Positions 33,836-42,837 of a stretch of 43,233 bases of DNA are shown here, in pieces; position 1 is the stretch's first letter, and each line of letters begins with the position of its first letter. The notes beneath the pieces were generated by a model. The model made no database searches. It had not been told where the DNA came from and saw only the letters and a program-made list of their open reading frames with translations. This DNA comes from a virus. The stretch is from IMG/VR virus record IMGVR_UViG_3300042114_000008. One strand, given 5' to 3'. Position numbers and translations under genes: made by a program.

Positions 33836-34058
33836 TGAATGTCTCCTTTCTAAGTTCGTTATATGCTTCATTGAACATATCAGCTCTAGTTGGATTAGCT
33901 TTTGATTTAGCTATTCCATCAATCATAATAGTTGCTATATCTTTTGTAATACCATCAGATGTATCAGTTAATAATCTATTAATACCATATCCAATAGCAG
34001 ATTTAGCAACCTCAGTTCCAGCAACTCTTAAGAGAAATTGCAATATAAATGTTAACAT
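33828..34058 (-). CDS. Small lysis-cassette protein with a hydrophobic N-terminus (holin candidate)
   Basis: 76 aa beginning MLTFILQFLLRVAG, directly upstream of the endolysin and overlapping it. Confidence 0.3.
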   Translation of the reverse strand: MLTFILQFLLRVAGTEVAKSAIGYGINRLLTDTSDGITKDIATIMIDGIAKSKANPTRADMFNEAYNELRKETFNA

Positions 34059-34067
34059 AAGATTCCT

Positions 34068-34343
34068 TTACTTAATAACAAGACCAAGTAATGCAACTAT
34101 TACTGCGCTAATGACAATCCAATTAACCTTCCTAAGCGAATCTTCAATATCATCAAGCCTAGCATTTGCAACTTTTTGTCTTTCTTGAAGAACTCCAACT
34201 TCTGTGTTTACACGATTATGAAATTCATCACCTTTCTCTATACTAGCAGCAAGCTTATTAAGCGTTGCATCAAGATGAGTTAACTTCTCTGCTAATATAA
34301 TAGAATTTACGTCAGTTGTTCTTCTTTCTTGAAGTGGTGGCAT
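34068..34343 (-). CDS. Small coiled-coil protein with a C-terminal TM anchor (holin or lysis-accessory candidate)
   Basis: 91 aa ending VNWIVISAVIVALLGLVIK. It lies between the giant virion protein gene and the endolysin. Confidence 0.3.
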   Translation of the reverse strand: MPPLQERRTTDVNSIILAEKLTHLDATLNKLAASIEKGDEFHNRVNTEVGVLQERQKVANARLDDIEDSLRKVNWIVISAVIVALLGLVIK

Positions 34344-34380
34344 AAATTGTCCTTATTTTTTCTTTGGTTTACAAGCCATA

Positions 34381-37300
34381 TTATTCTCCTTCGTTTCTGT
34401 ATTCTCTTATAGATTTATATCTAGTCTTGTCATATGGTGTATCGTACTTAGGAGCGTCTGTGTTGTCCTCGCTAGTAGCACTGTATGTGCTTTCATTAGA
34501 ACCTATGCTAGAGGTATCATTATCTTTCAGATAAGTCTGTTTGTCATCAGATACCTCGCCTACTTCATCAGAAGCAAATGCATCATATATCATCTGAACT
34601 ACTCCACGATTATCAACATACTCTCCATCAGAATTTCTATATGGAGCAAGTCTATCTTTCCATAACAAGTCAGGCTCAGTTATTGGATTACGAACTACTT
34701 CATCATCCATATAGTATGCTCCTTGTTTGTAAATGTCTCTGTATACTCCAGGAATTAACTTGTGTATATTTCTAGTTTCATATAGAGCACCATCTCCAGT
34801 TACGAAACCATATGGCATATCAACTAAAGATTCAACTGGAGACACAGAGCTAAGATGTGTATTAGTCTCATCACTAAGATATAGAATACTAAGAGCTATA
34901 GCAGCAGCTTTTAATGGATTATGCTTAACAGTTTTAGCAACAGCAGGCAATACAGAAGCAGCCCACTTAGCAAATACAGCTAATCCATACTTATCAATAG
35001 CATCAATAAACACTGGAGCTATCTCATCCATTTGACCGAACATATCATTTGTTCTCATCATAGCATCGATATTGTTTGAACCAGAGTCTTTAAATCCACG
35101 GTACATCATATATCTAGCTTGGAAGTCAAGGTAAGAGAAAGCGTCCTTAGCAAATCCACCAGTTATTGCATTTTGATTAAACATAATTTCATTTGTTATT
35201 CTATCTAAATGTCCACCAGTTAATTCACTAAGCATATTATTAAGCATTGAACCATTAGTTCTAACACCGTCTAATGTATTGATCGACAATCCATCTTTAA
35301 GCATTTGTACTACTTCATTATCTCTATACTTAGCTATAAGTTCAGGAGTTAATTTACCTTGTGCAGTAGCTAAATCAAATTCAGCAGTAATAGCTTTGAA
35401 TTCTCTCCAGGCTCCAATAGCATCTTTATTGTATCTTAATGCCTTAATTGGATTACCGTGAGCTAACATATGGTAGCTATACGACACTAGAAAGGCATTC
35501 TTAAAGGAACTTAAATTCTTCAAAACATTACTCTGTTTAAATATTGACACTGTATCTTTAAGTAATCTATCAGCTACTTTAAGACCATAGCTAGTATCAG
35601 CATTAGATAAACTAAATTCATTACGACCTATTAGTTTATCCTTGAATTCTTTGTTTACATATACAATTTCATCTCTAGCAAACTTAGGCAATCTATACGA
35701 TTCTTCAAGTGATAACTTAACGAATCCATCTTGCTTATTTTTACTAAACATAGATTTGAATGTATCATCACTATGTGTCAATATCTCTGTGAAAGTATTT
35801 AGTTGAGCATCTTTTCTTCTGAGTGTAGCTTCAGTATTACCAAGCATCATAGCTAAGTCTCGTTTAAGACCCATCTTAGTTCTTATTTCTAAATCAGCAA
35901 CACTCATAAATCCTCTAGCAGATACTTTAAGTCCGTGCTTCTCTGCATATTCATAAGGATTAGCAACATCAGTTACTTTAATTCCTTTGACATCTTCTCC
36001 AACTTTAGCTGACATACTATCAAAACCAAGTGCTCCTGCTTCAAGTTTAGGATCTGCATCGTGTACATATCGTTTCATCTTGTTATCCCAAATCTTAGGA
36101 TTATCAAATGAATCTTGTATATACCCTTTTTGCATAAGATTTAAGTCATTAGTAAATGCAAATATAGCAGTACTTCTATCTTTCATGCTTTTGGCAATAG
36201 ATAGCAAGTCTTGTACTTCAGCAGTATCAACATTCTTAGCATACCATTCCCATCCATCTACATTGTCCATAGCTTTAATTGAAATCATTTGGTCAATGAT
36301 ATCTTCATATCCTTTTAGATTGTAATGTTCAGCTATAACACTAGCATTATTAGCATAGAATCCTCTTTGGTTTTCACCTCTACCTATTCCATATGTACTT
36401 GCATCTATATGCTTTTGCATTCTAGAATATAGTTGATAGTGGTCTGCAAACCAAACATCAGCTTCAGCCTTACTCTTTATACCACGAAGTCCAATAGCGT
36501 CAGTAAAGAATACATTTCTCATATATTCATCTTGATTCTTATCTTTCAATAACTTCTGGATATGCTTAGTAAGTCTATCACCAGCTTCATCAGCCAATTT
36601 CTTAGACGGTGTTGTTATTCCTAATATTTTAGAAAATGTCTTATGTTCTTTAGAGTATTCATATTTATTCTTAAGATGCTTACCAGTATCACTTATAGAA
36701 TCCAAGAATTCTTTAAGCATACCTTTATGTTCAGCATTTAAGTTTTTGTTTACTCCATCGTATGCAGTTTCTCCATACTTTTTTGAAGCTTCTCTTAATG
36801 CAGATAATTGCTCATCTACTATATGAGATTCTCTCCATTTAGTTTGCATCTCTGCAAATGCTGGATTCTTTTCAGCCATATCGTCAAGAATACTCTCAAC
36901 TTTATTGTAAACTATAATGTCAAAACCATTAACTTTATCAAGAGTATCTTCTATAGACTTCCATATACCATTAGCTCTTGGAGACATATCTCCAGACTTA
37001 GATTTAAAGAAATCAAATATTCTCTTAGCATTACCAGCAAATGAAGCTTTGTCAAATCCAGATTTCATACCTTCGCTAAACGATTGTTTCGCTTGTTCAG
37101 AACCAGCTTCAGCATTCTTAAGTCTTTCAGCCTCTTCTAATACTTTACGAATTTCTTCGTCAAACATATCGAACTTACCAGCTTCAGTTTTAATTGCATC
37201 ATCAATTTGTTCAGATGGAATATCAATAGGCTTTCCACTTGTAATAGCTTCATCTATTGATTTAGCTGTAGCAGTACCAGATTCTAATACTTCACTTGCA

Positions 37301-40300
37301 GTCTGTCCTCTAGTTCCAGAACCGCTAGACATAATGTCATTAGCTAGCTTATTTCTAATCTCTCTAATTCCAGACATCTTAGTTCCAACTGGATATCCTC
37401 TTTCAGTGAAGAATTGTCTATCACCTTTAATTGATGATTTAAGATTTGGATTATATTCAACTCCAGCTCTAAATCTATTATACAGATATTCATTAGCAGA
37501 TTTCCAAGCACCTTTGCTAACTCCATCTGGAGCAGGTATCATAGTTTTCTCACTAAATCCTTTACCTTGAATTGCAAGAGCTAATTGTCTTTCAAATACA
37601 TCGTCTCCAGCTTTTGGTATAGACACTTTAGTATGAACGATTTCATCAATCATAGCATCTACTATTGTATGATGCTCTTGATTTCTGTGAGTCATTGTAG
37701 TCATATATGAAATCATTGTTTCAATCTTAGTCATACCAGTTGCTGGAACCATTTCACTCCAAGGCTTTTTAACTATCTCTTTAACTTCGTTTTGAAAATC
37801 TTCTACCTTCAAGAATTCTCTGCTTTTATCTTTAAAGATTTTATCTAAATTTCCTTTACGAGGCATATCAATTTTACCTTCACTAAGTTCTTTAATAGCC
37901 TTATTACCAAAGTCTTCATCTTGTAATTGTTTCATAAGACTTCTGTATTTAGCATCAACTTCTTTTCGCATTTCTTTTGGATAGGTTATTGCATCGTGTT
38001 TAGTCTGAAGATTTAAATCTTTTCTAATTGTACGAGCAATCCAAGCATCAATACTATGAATAAATCTAGGCATTAAAGCCTTAGAAAATTCATCTTTAGT
38101 ACCATTTACTATATTAACTTTACCAATAGTTTTAGTTTTTCCACCTGATGTTTCAACTATGTTATAAGTCTTATATCCAGACAATTCTATTTCAACTTTC
38201 TTACCGTCAGGTAATGTCCAAGAGAATTTACCAGTAGTGTTAGCTTTAAATACTTCATCCATCTTTTTAGCAAATTCTCCAATAGCAGGAACTTCTTTAG
38301 CCATTGCAGAGTAATACTCTTGCACAAACTTATTAGCATTATCAATTGTTTTAAGCCAAGGTAAATCAGCAAGTGCAGCCTCTGCAGTACCTTTCTCCAT
38401 AGAGCCATACATATCAGGAGTATATACTGTCTTAACATCATCTTTACTTACAGCCGAACCTTTTAGATTCTCAAAGAAACCGTCGTCAGCTTTATTAATA
38501 TGATTTCCAACAGTCTCTCTGAAGTCAATTCCATCTGCTTTCTTAAATACTCTTTGTGCAAGCTTAACATCTCCAGTGATTACAGATATAAGAGCAGCAA
38601 CACTATTAACAGCGTCACTAGTCTCTTCTGAATGCTTAATTTTAAAGACATTCTCTTTATCAGTTAATCCTAATTTATTAGAATTATAATCTTTAAGCAA
38701 TGTATTAAACTCTATATTAGCAGCTTCCTTAGTTTTAGCAACATCTTTTGCTGGAACATTTGGCATATGCTTATCTACAAGCAATATTCTTGCTCTTCCA
38801 ACATCTTTGAAAAAGTCAGGATTAGCGTCTATATCTCTCTTCTCAGATAGACTAAGTTTATATTCGAAAGGTCTTTCAGCATTTTTACTATATCTATCAA
38901 GTATTCCTTTTTCTATATAATCAGCAACTGCTTGTCTCTTGTTAACTATTACTTTGTTTTTTTCATAGTCAAACTCAAATGACTTATCTTTTGCAATACC
39001 TCTTTTTTCTTTGATAGATTTAACTGATACTTTTCTAGGAATTACCATTATATCATCATAAGCTTTAGTTCTTGCTTCACCAAATTTACTAACTTCATCA
39101 GCAGTAGTTAATTTACCAGCTACTTGTTCTCGTGCAGAGAATTCTTTATCAAGTCTTTTAGACTCTCTAAATGCTAGTTCATCAGACTTAATCTCGCCAT
39201 TATTGAAAGCAGTCACATCGTACAGTCTGTTTCTATGTCCCTCTAGTTCAGCAACTCCTTGTGGAAATTTATACTTAACATTATCAGGTATATTGTTTAT
39301 GTCTAGGTTTTCTCTTGGAAATGCAAGTTTTGCCTTAATCTTTAAATCATCAGATGCTTTAAGCATTGCAGTCTTATCGACTTTATCAATTACAGCTTTA
39401 GCAATAAGTGGACCTCTAGCATCTTCAGATAGTGAATGATATTTTTCGGTATGATATGCAGCAGTTCCACCAGCTTTATTTTTGTTAGCATCTGATGCAA
39501 GTTTAAACTCAGTTTTAATATTACTTGAATAATCTATTGGTTCATACTCTGATATCTTAGCATTTTCAACTTTAGATTTAACTGCATTATCTATATCGTC
39601 TTTAGTTGGTATAGTTATGTTATTAGCTCTAGCTTCTGCATATAATGCTCTTTTTCTATAGAGTTGTTTTTGAGTATCATCAGTAACTTTATCAGCAATT
39701 TGATTATACAATTTAGACTCAAATTTATCTCTAAGTTGAACTTTCTCAATATCAGATAGATTTTTAGTAGATTTTATTTTAGCTTCTGTCTTACCATAAG
39801 CATCAAGATTGTTTACAGCTTTGCCGAAAGATTTCATTGCATCATCTGCATATGCATCTTCTTGTCCAGCTTTCATACGGTTAAGTTTAAGCGATGCAGC
39901 TTGACTATCTCCACCTAAATGAGATGTGAGATAATCACTAGCATACTGTCTACCACCAGTATCAGTAAAGGTTTCTTGTAATTTACTACCTCCAGGTAGA
40001 ATAACTTCATCTTTCTTCTTAAATCCTTCAAGTCTTCTCTTTTCAGCAATGCTTCTAACCTTAGGGTCTACCACTTCTTGAGTCTTAATACCTTTTTTCA
40101 TAGTTCTAGTTTTATCAGTAACAACTGCAGGACCACCTTTAGGAGAACCTTCAGTATCTACAACATAATTCTTTAATGATGTTCCAGTGTATTTTTTAAC
40201 TGCAGTATCAAGACCTTCTACTCCAACTTCTAAAATATCAGCAGCAATCTCACGTGCTATAGGCTTAGCTATTTCAAATGCATTACTAACTTTATCTTTT

Positions 40301-41130
40301 ACTTTTTGAGTAGCAGTTGGAAGCGGAGCATCAACTCCAGTTCCACCGAATTTTCTAGAAGTAAAATCATAAGCTCTCATTAATGGTGCAGTACCAGCAG
40401 TACCAACAAATCCTACTGATGCATCAAGTAATGTTCTTTGCGCAATAGTATCTGGGTCTTCTTGAAGAACTGCTCCAACACCAGTTCCTACTGCTCCTAG
40501 TTTTAAAGCATTAGATGTAGCATCTTTAAGAAGAGCACCTCTAAGTTCAGACTTATAATCTTGTTTCATAAATTTAAGAGCATCATCAGATACAAAGTGT
40601 GCAGTAACATTATCAGCCAATTCTTTAGGCTTAGCATTTAGTGCGATTCTTGTATTAGACATAGCTCCAATTTTATAAAACGGAAGATATGCAACAGCTT
40701 CTGCTGCAAGTCCAGTAATATCTGAACCTAGTGTACTTCCACGATTTGCTACTTCTCTTTTAAAATCAAGATTAGCTTTAGTTGCAACATCAGATAACTT
40801 ATCTGTAATATCTGGAGTAGCATCATATGAAAATGGTTGAGTAATAGCACTTCCAATAGCTTGGAATATGCTAGAGTCTTTGTTTGTTTTTACAAAATTA
40901 TCTGCAAATCTTTCAGGATTCATAGCATTTTCAATTACATTTCCAGTGCTAGAAATTCCTTTCATTAAAACATTACCAATAGTTGGAGTTATAGTTTCAA
41001 GAACTCCAACTTTCTTATCTCCTGCAATTCTACTTGCTTCGTCAAATCCATACTTAAGCTCATTTTCACGCATTTGTTTCGGAGTTAAGTATCCTCCTGT
41101 GTAAGCAGGAGCTTTTTCTAAATTAGCCAT
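34381..41130 (-). CDS. Giant virion-associated protein with a central T7-like single-subunit RNA polymerase domain (N4 vRNAP analogue)
   Basis: 2249 aa. SKDDVKTVYTPDMYGS is motif B-like. MPRFIHSIDAWIARTIRKDLNLQTKHDAITYP parallels NLIHSIDGYIARRI...IHDAYG of the 359-aa RNAP subunit and T7 FVHSQDGSHLR...IHDSFG. It sits in the late/virion operon at the position of the T7 internal core proteins. Confidence 0.7.
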   Translation of the reverse strand: MANLEKAPAYTGGYLTPKQMRENELKYGFDEASRIAGDKKVGVLETITPTIGNVLMKGISSTGNVIENAMNPERFADNFVKTNKDSSIFQAIGSAITQPFSYDATPDITDKLSDVATKANLDFKREVANRGSTLGSDITGLAAEAVAYLPFYKIGAMSNTRIALNAKPKELADNVTAHFVSDDALKFMKQDYKSELRGALLKDATSNALKLGAVGTGVGAVLQEDPDTIAQRTLLDASVGFVGTAGTAPLMRAYDFTSRKFGGTGVDAPLPTATQKVKDKVSNAFEIAKPIAREIAADILEVGVEGLDTAVKKYTGTSLKNYVVDTEGSPKGGPAVVTDKTRTMKKGIKTQEVVDPKVRSIAEKRRLEGFKKKDEVILPGGSKLQETFTDTGGRQYASDYLTSHLGGDSQAASLKLNRMKAGQEDAYADDAMKSFGKAVNNLDAYGKTEAKIKSTKNLSDIEKVQLRDKFESKLYNQIADKVTDDTQKQLYRKRALYAEARANNITIPTKDDIDNAVKSKVENAKISEYEPIDYSSNIKTEFKLASDANKNKAGGTAAYHTEKYHSLSEDARGPLIAKAVIDKVDKTAMLKASDDLKIKAKLAFPRENLDINNIPDNVKYKFPQGVAELEGHRNRLYDVTAFNNGEIKSDELAFRESKRLDKEFSAREQVAGKLTTADEVSKFGEARTKAYDDIMVIPRKVSVKSIKEKRGIAKDKSFEFDYEKNKVIVNKRQAVADYIEKGILDRYSKNAERPFEYKLSLSEKRDIDANPDFFKDVGRARILLVDKHMPNVPAKDVAKTKEAANIEFNTLLKDYNSNKLGLTDKENVFKIKHSEETSDAVNSVAALISVITGDVKLAQRVFKKADGIDFRETVGNHINKADDGFFENLKGSAVSKDDVKTVYTPDMYGSMEKGTAEAALADLPWLKTIDNANKFVQEYYSAMAKEVPAIGEFAKKMDEVFKANTTGKFSWTLPDGKKVEIELSGYKTYNIVETSGGKTKTIGKVNIVNGTKDEFSKALMPRFIHSIDAWIARTIRKDLNLQTKHDAITYPKEMRKEVDAKYRSLMKQLQDEDFGNKAIKELSEGKIDMPRKGNLDKIFKDKSREFLKVEDFQNEVKEIVKKPWSEMVPATGMTKIETMISYMTTMTHRNQEHHTIVDAMIDEIVHTKVSIPKAGDDVFERQLALAIQGKGFSEKTMIPAPDGVSKGAWKSANEYLYNRFRAGVEYNPNLKSSIKGDRQFFTERGYPVGTKMSGIREIRNKLANDIMSSGSGTRGQTASEVLESGTATAKSIDEAITSGKPIDIPSEQIDDAIKTEAGKFDMFDEEIRKVLEEAERLKNAEAGSEQAKQSFSEGMKSGFDKASFAGNAKRIFDFFKSKSGDMSPRANGIWKSIEDTLDKVNGFDIIVYNKVESILDDMAEKNPAFAEMQTKWRESHIVDEQLSALREASKKYGETAYDGVNKNLNAEHKGMLKEFLDSISDTGKHLKNKYEYSKEHKTFSKILGITTPSKKLADEAGDRLTKHIQKLLKDKNQDEYMRNVFFTDAIGLRGIKSKAEADVWFADHYQLYSRMQKHIDASTYGIGRGENQRGFYANNASVIAEHYNLKGYEDIIDQMISIKAMDNVDGWEWYAKNVDTAEVQDLLSIAKSMKDRSTAIFAFTNDLNLMQKGYIQDSFDNPKIWDNKMKRYVHDADPKLEAGALGFDSMSAKVGEDVKGIKVTDVANPYEYAEKHGLKVSARGFMSVADLEIRTKMGLKRDLAMMLGNTEATLRRKDAQLNTFTEILTHSDDTFKSMFSKNKQDGFVKLSLEESYRLPKFARDEIVYVNKEFKDKLIGRNEFSLSNADTSYGLKVADRLLKDTVSIFKQSNVLKNLSSFKNAFLVSYSYHMLAHGNPIKALRYNKDAIGAWREFKAITAEFDLATAQGKLTPELIAKYRDNEVVQMLKDGLSINTLDGVRTNGSMLNNMLSELTGGHLDRITNEIMFNQNAITGGFAKDAFSYLDFQARYMMYRGFKDSGSNNIDAMMRTNDMFGQMDEIAPVFIDAIDKYGLAVFAKWAASVLPAVAKTVKHNPLKAAAIALSILYLSDETNTHLSSVSPVESLVDMPYGFVTGDGALYETRNIHKLIPGVYRDIYKQGAYYMDDEVVRNPITEPDLLWKDRLAPYRNSDGEYVDNRGVVQMIYDAFASDEVGEVSDDKQTYLKDNDTSSIGSNESTYSATSEDNTDAPKYDTPYDKTRYKSIREYRNEGE

Positions 41131-41139
41131 ATAGCAACC

Positions 41140-42138
41140 TTATTTTTTCTTTTGTTTAATTAAGACGTTATTAACTCCAGGAGCATTAGTCTCATCAATA
41201 GTATAATTATCAGCAACAAAGTTATAGAATGCATTTTGAATTTGGTCTTCGTTATAAGATTTAAATTCAGGTCTTCGTGTAATAATATCATTAAATTTAT
41301 TTGTAGCATCTTGTAGATTTGAAAGACTTTGTTCTCCAACTACAGTTTTTGGAACAATTGAATTACCAATAGAATCAAGTAGTCCTCTTGGTACTTTCTG
41401 ATGAAATGCATTGAATGCGGTAGCAGGTTTCTTAATAAGTCCACCTTCTACACCACTATCAACTTTGCCTTGAGCAATCTTTTCAGTAGGAACGTGTTTA
41501 TCAAATATACTAGGAGGAGGACTTCCTTTAGGTTGAGTAATTCCAGTATTAACATTTTGAACCATATTCTGATTCTTAGTATTCTCAAGAGTTACAGCAT
41601 TTGTTCCATATTGTTTAGCATTTTGCATTCCTGCATCGGCAGTATATTTACTAGACGCTAAAGAATTATTAGATACAAAAGCATCAGCGTTAGCTTTAAT
41701 GCTAGCACCTTGTACGGAAGCATTAGCAGATACTTGACTAGAAGCAAGACTATACTTACCAGTAATCTCAGCCTTTTCTTTCTCAGTAGTTGCCTTAAGC
41801 ATTTCGGCTTGATAATCAGACTCAAGTTTAGACATCTTAGCAGCATAATCTAATTTATGACCAGCCATAGCAGCATCAAAAACTTTTAATGCATTTTCTT
41901 TAGAAGCATTAGCTGTAGTATTCGCTACATCTAGAGTTCCTTGATTTTGTAATAATTGTTCTTGAAGCTTATTTTGTGCTAGTGCTGCAGCAGCTTTTTT
42001 AGTATCATCTGCAGCAAACTGGTTAGTAACTACTTTCTGCATACCACCTAAAGCATTATTCATAAGCAATGTATCTTGAGCAGTTCCTTGAAAATTGACT
42101 TGTCCACTTGGAGCAGCTATGTTTCTATTAAATACCAT
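41140..42138 (-). CDS. Virion protein (possible internal/ejection protein)
   Basis: 332 aa, A/Q/N/S-rich, immediately upstream of the giant RNAP-containing protein. Confidence 0.35.
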   Translation of the reverse strand: MVFNRNIAAPSGQVNFQGTAQDTLLMNNALGGMQKVVTNQFAADDTKKAAAALAQNKLQEQLLQNQGTLDVANTTANASKENALKVFDAAMAGHKLDYAAKMSKLESDYQAEMLKATTEKEKAEITGKYSLASSQVSANASVQGASIKANADAFVSNNSLASSKYTADAGMQNAKQYGTNAVTLENTKNQNMVQNVNTGITQPKGSPPPSIFDKHVPTEKIAQGKVDSGVEGGLIKKPATAFNAFHQKVPRGLLDSIGNSIVPKTVVGEQSLSNLQDATNKFNDIITRRPEFKSYNEDQIQNAFYNFVADNYTIDETNAPGVNNVLIKQKKK

Positions 42139-42147
42139 GGATACTCC

Positions 42148-42828
42148 TTATTTAATATTCTGAAGTCTAGTTGTTTCTGCAGCTTTGCGAGCATTATAAT
42201 CAACTTGAGCTTGAGGACTTGTATCTCTAGAAGTCCAATCAATAGCAGACAGTCCAGCCTTATCATCAATAAATTGACCATATTGCTTATTCATCATATC
42301 TCTGTTGTAGGCATTGTTAGCTTTAGTTTCTTTAAGAGAAGCTCTAGAATTCATATAACCTAATCCTTGAAATAATGCACTTGCAGTATTTTTAAAAGCA
42401 TCAGTTCCTACGAAATCTTTAATAGCTGTACCACTACCAGTTAACGGACCCCAGTCAAAGTTGAAGCTTGATGTAGATTCTGGAGTATTTTGTTGAATTC
42501 CTGGAACTACAAATGCTTCATTTGAGGTATCTAATATATTATCTACAGCAGGATAATCAGAACTATATTTGTATGGAGATTTAACACCATCTAAAACACT
42601 AATTCCACCAGCTCCAAGTCCAGTAAAATCAGTAATATTAGACGGAGTTAAATAATTACTTGATTGTTGAAGCATATCACTAGGATTGTATTTTGCAGTA
42701 GAATAATCAAAACCGCTATCTCCAATTCCTCTCCATAATTCATCAGTCTTTATAGTCTTAACTGGAGCGTTAGGATTCTTTGTTGCAATTTTTCCTGCGT
42801 ATTTCTTTTTGTTTTCAGGTTTTGCCAT
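42148..42828 (-). CDS. Virion protein (possible internal/ejection protein)
   Basis: 226-aa ORF in the late operon. It shares the stop-RBS-start junction TAAGGTTGC(C/T)ATATGGC with the giant gene. Confidence 0.35.
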   Translation of the reverse strand: MAKPENKKKYAGKIATKNPNAPVKTIKTDELWRGIGDSGFDYSTAKYNPSDMLQQSSNYLTPSNITDFTGLGAGGISVLDGVKSPYKYSSDYPAVDNILDTSNEAFVVPGIQQNTPESTSSFNFDWGPLTGSGTAIKDFVGTDAFKNTASALFQGLGYMNSRASLKETKANNAYNRDMMNKQYGQFIDDKAGLSAIDWTSRDTSPQAQVDYNARKAAETTRLQNIK

Positions 42829-42837
42829 ATGGCAACC

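Noticed and set aside
37344-37526. Short minus-strand ORFs nested in other frames of larger genes (37344..37526 and 38187..38441 in the giant gene; 41658..41846 in the 332-aa gene at 41140..42138).
   Set aside because: They are embedded in alternative frames of well-supported genes. Their translations are leucine- and lysine-rich junk, and they have no RBS.
36917-37570. 217-aa plus-strand ORF. The same applies to the other plus-strand track ORFs, for example 7855..8337, 13556..13948, 33835..34188, 35987..36325 and 23617..23940.
   Set aside because: All of them lie fully antisense to long, motif-bearing minus-strand genes. They have S/L/I/F-rich low-complexity translations typical of the reverse frame of AT-rich coding DNA, and they lack RBS-like sequences. 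No plus-strand gene is supportable.
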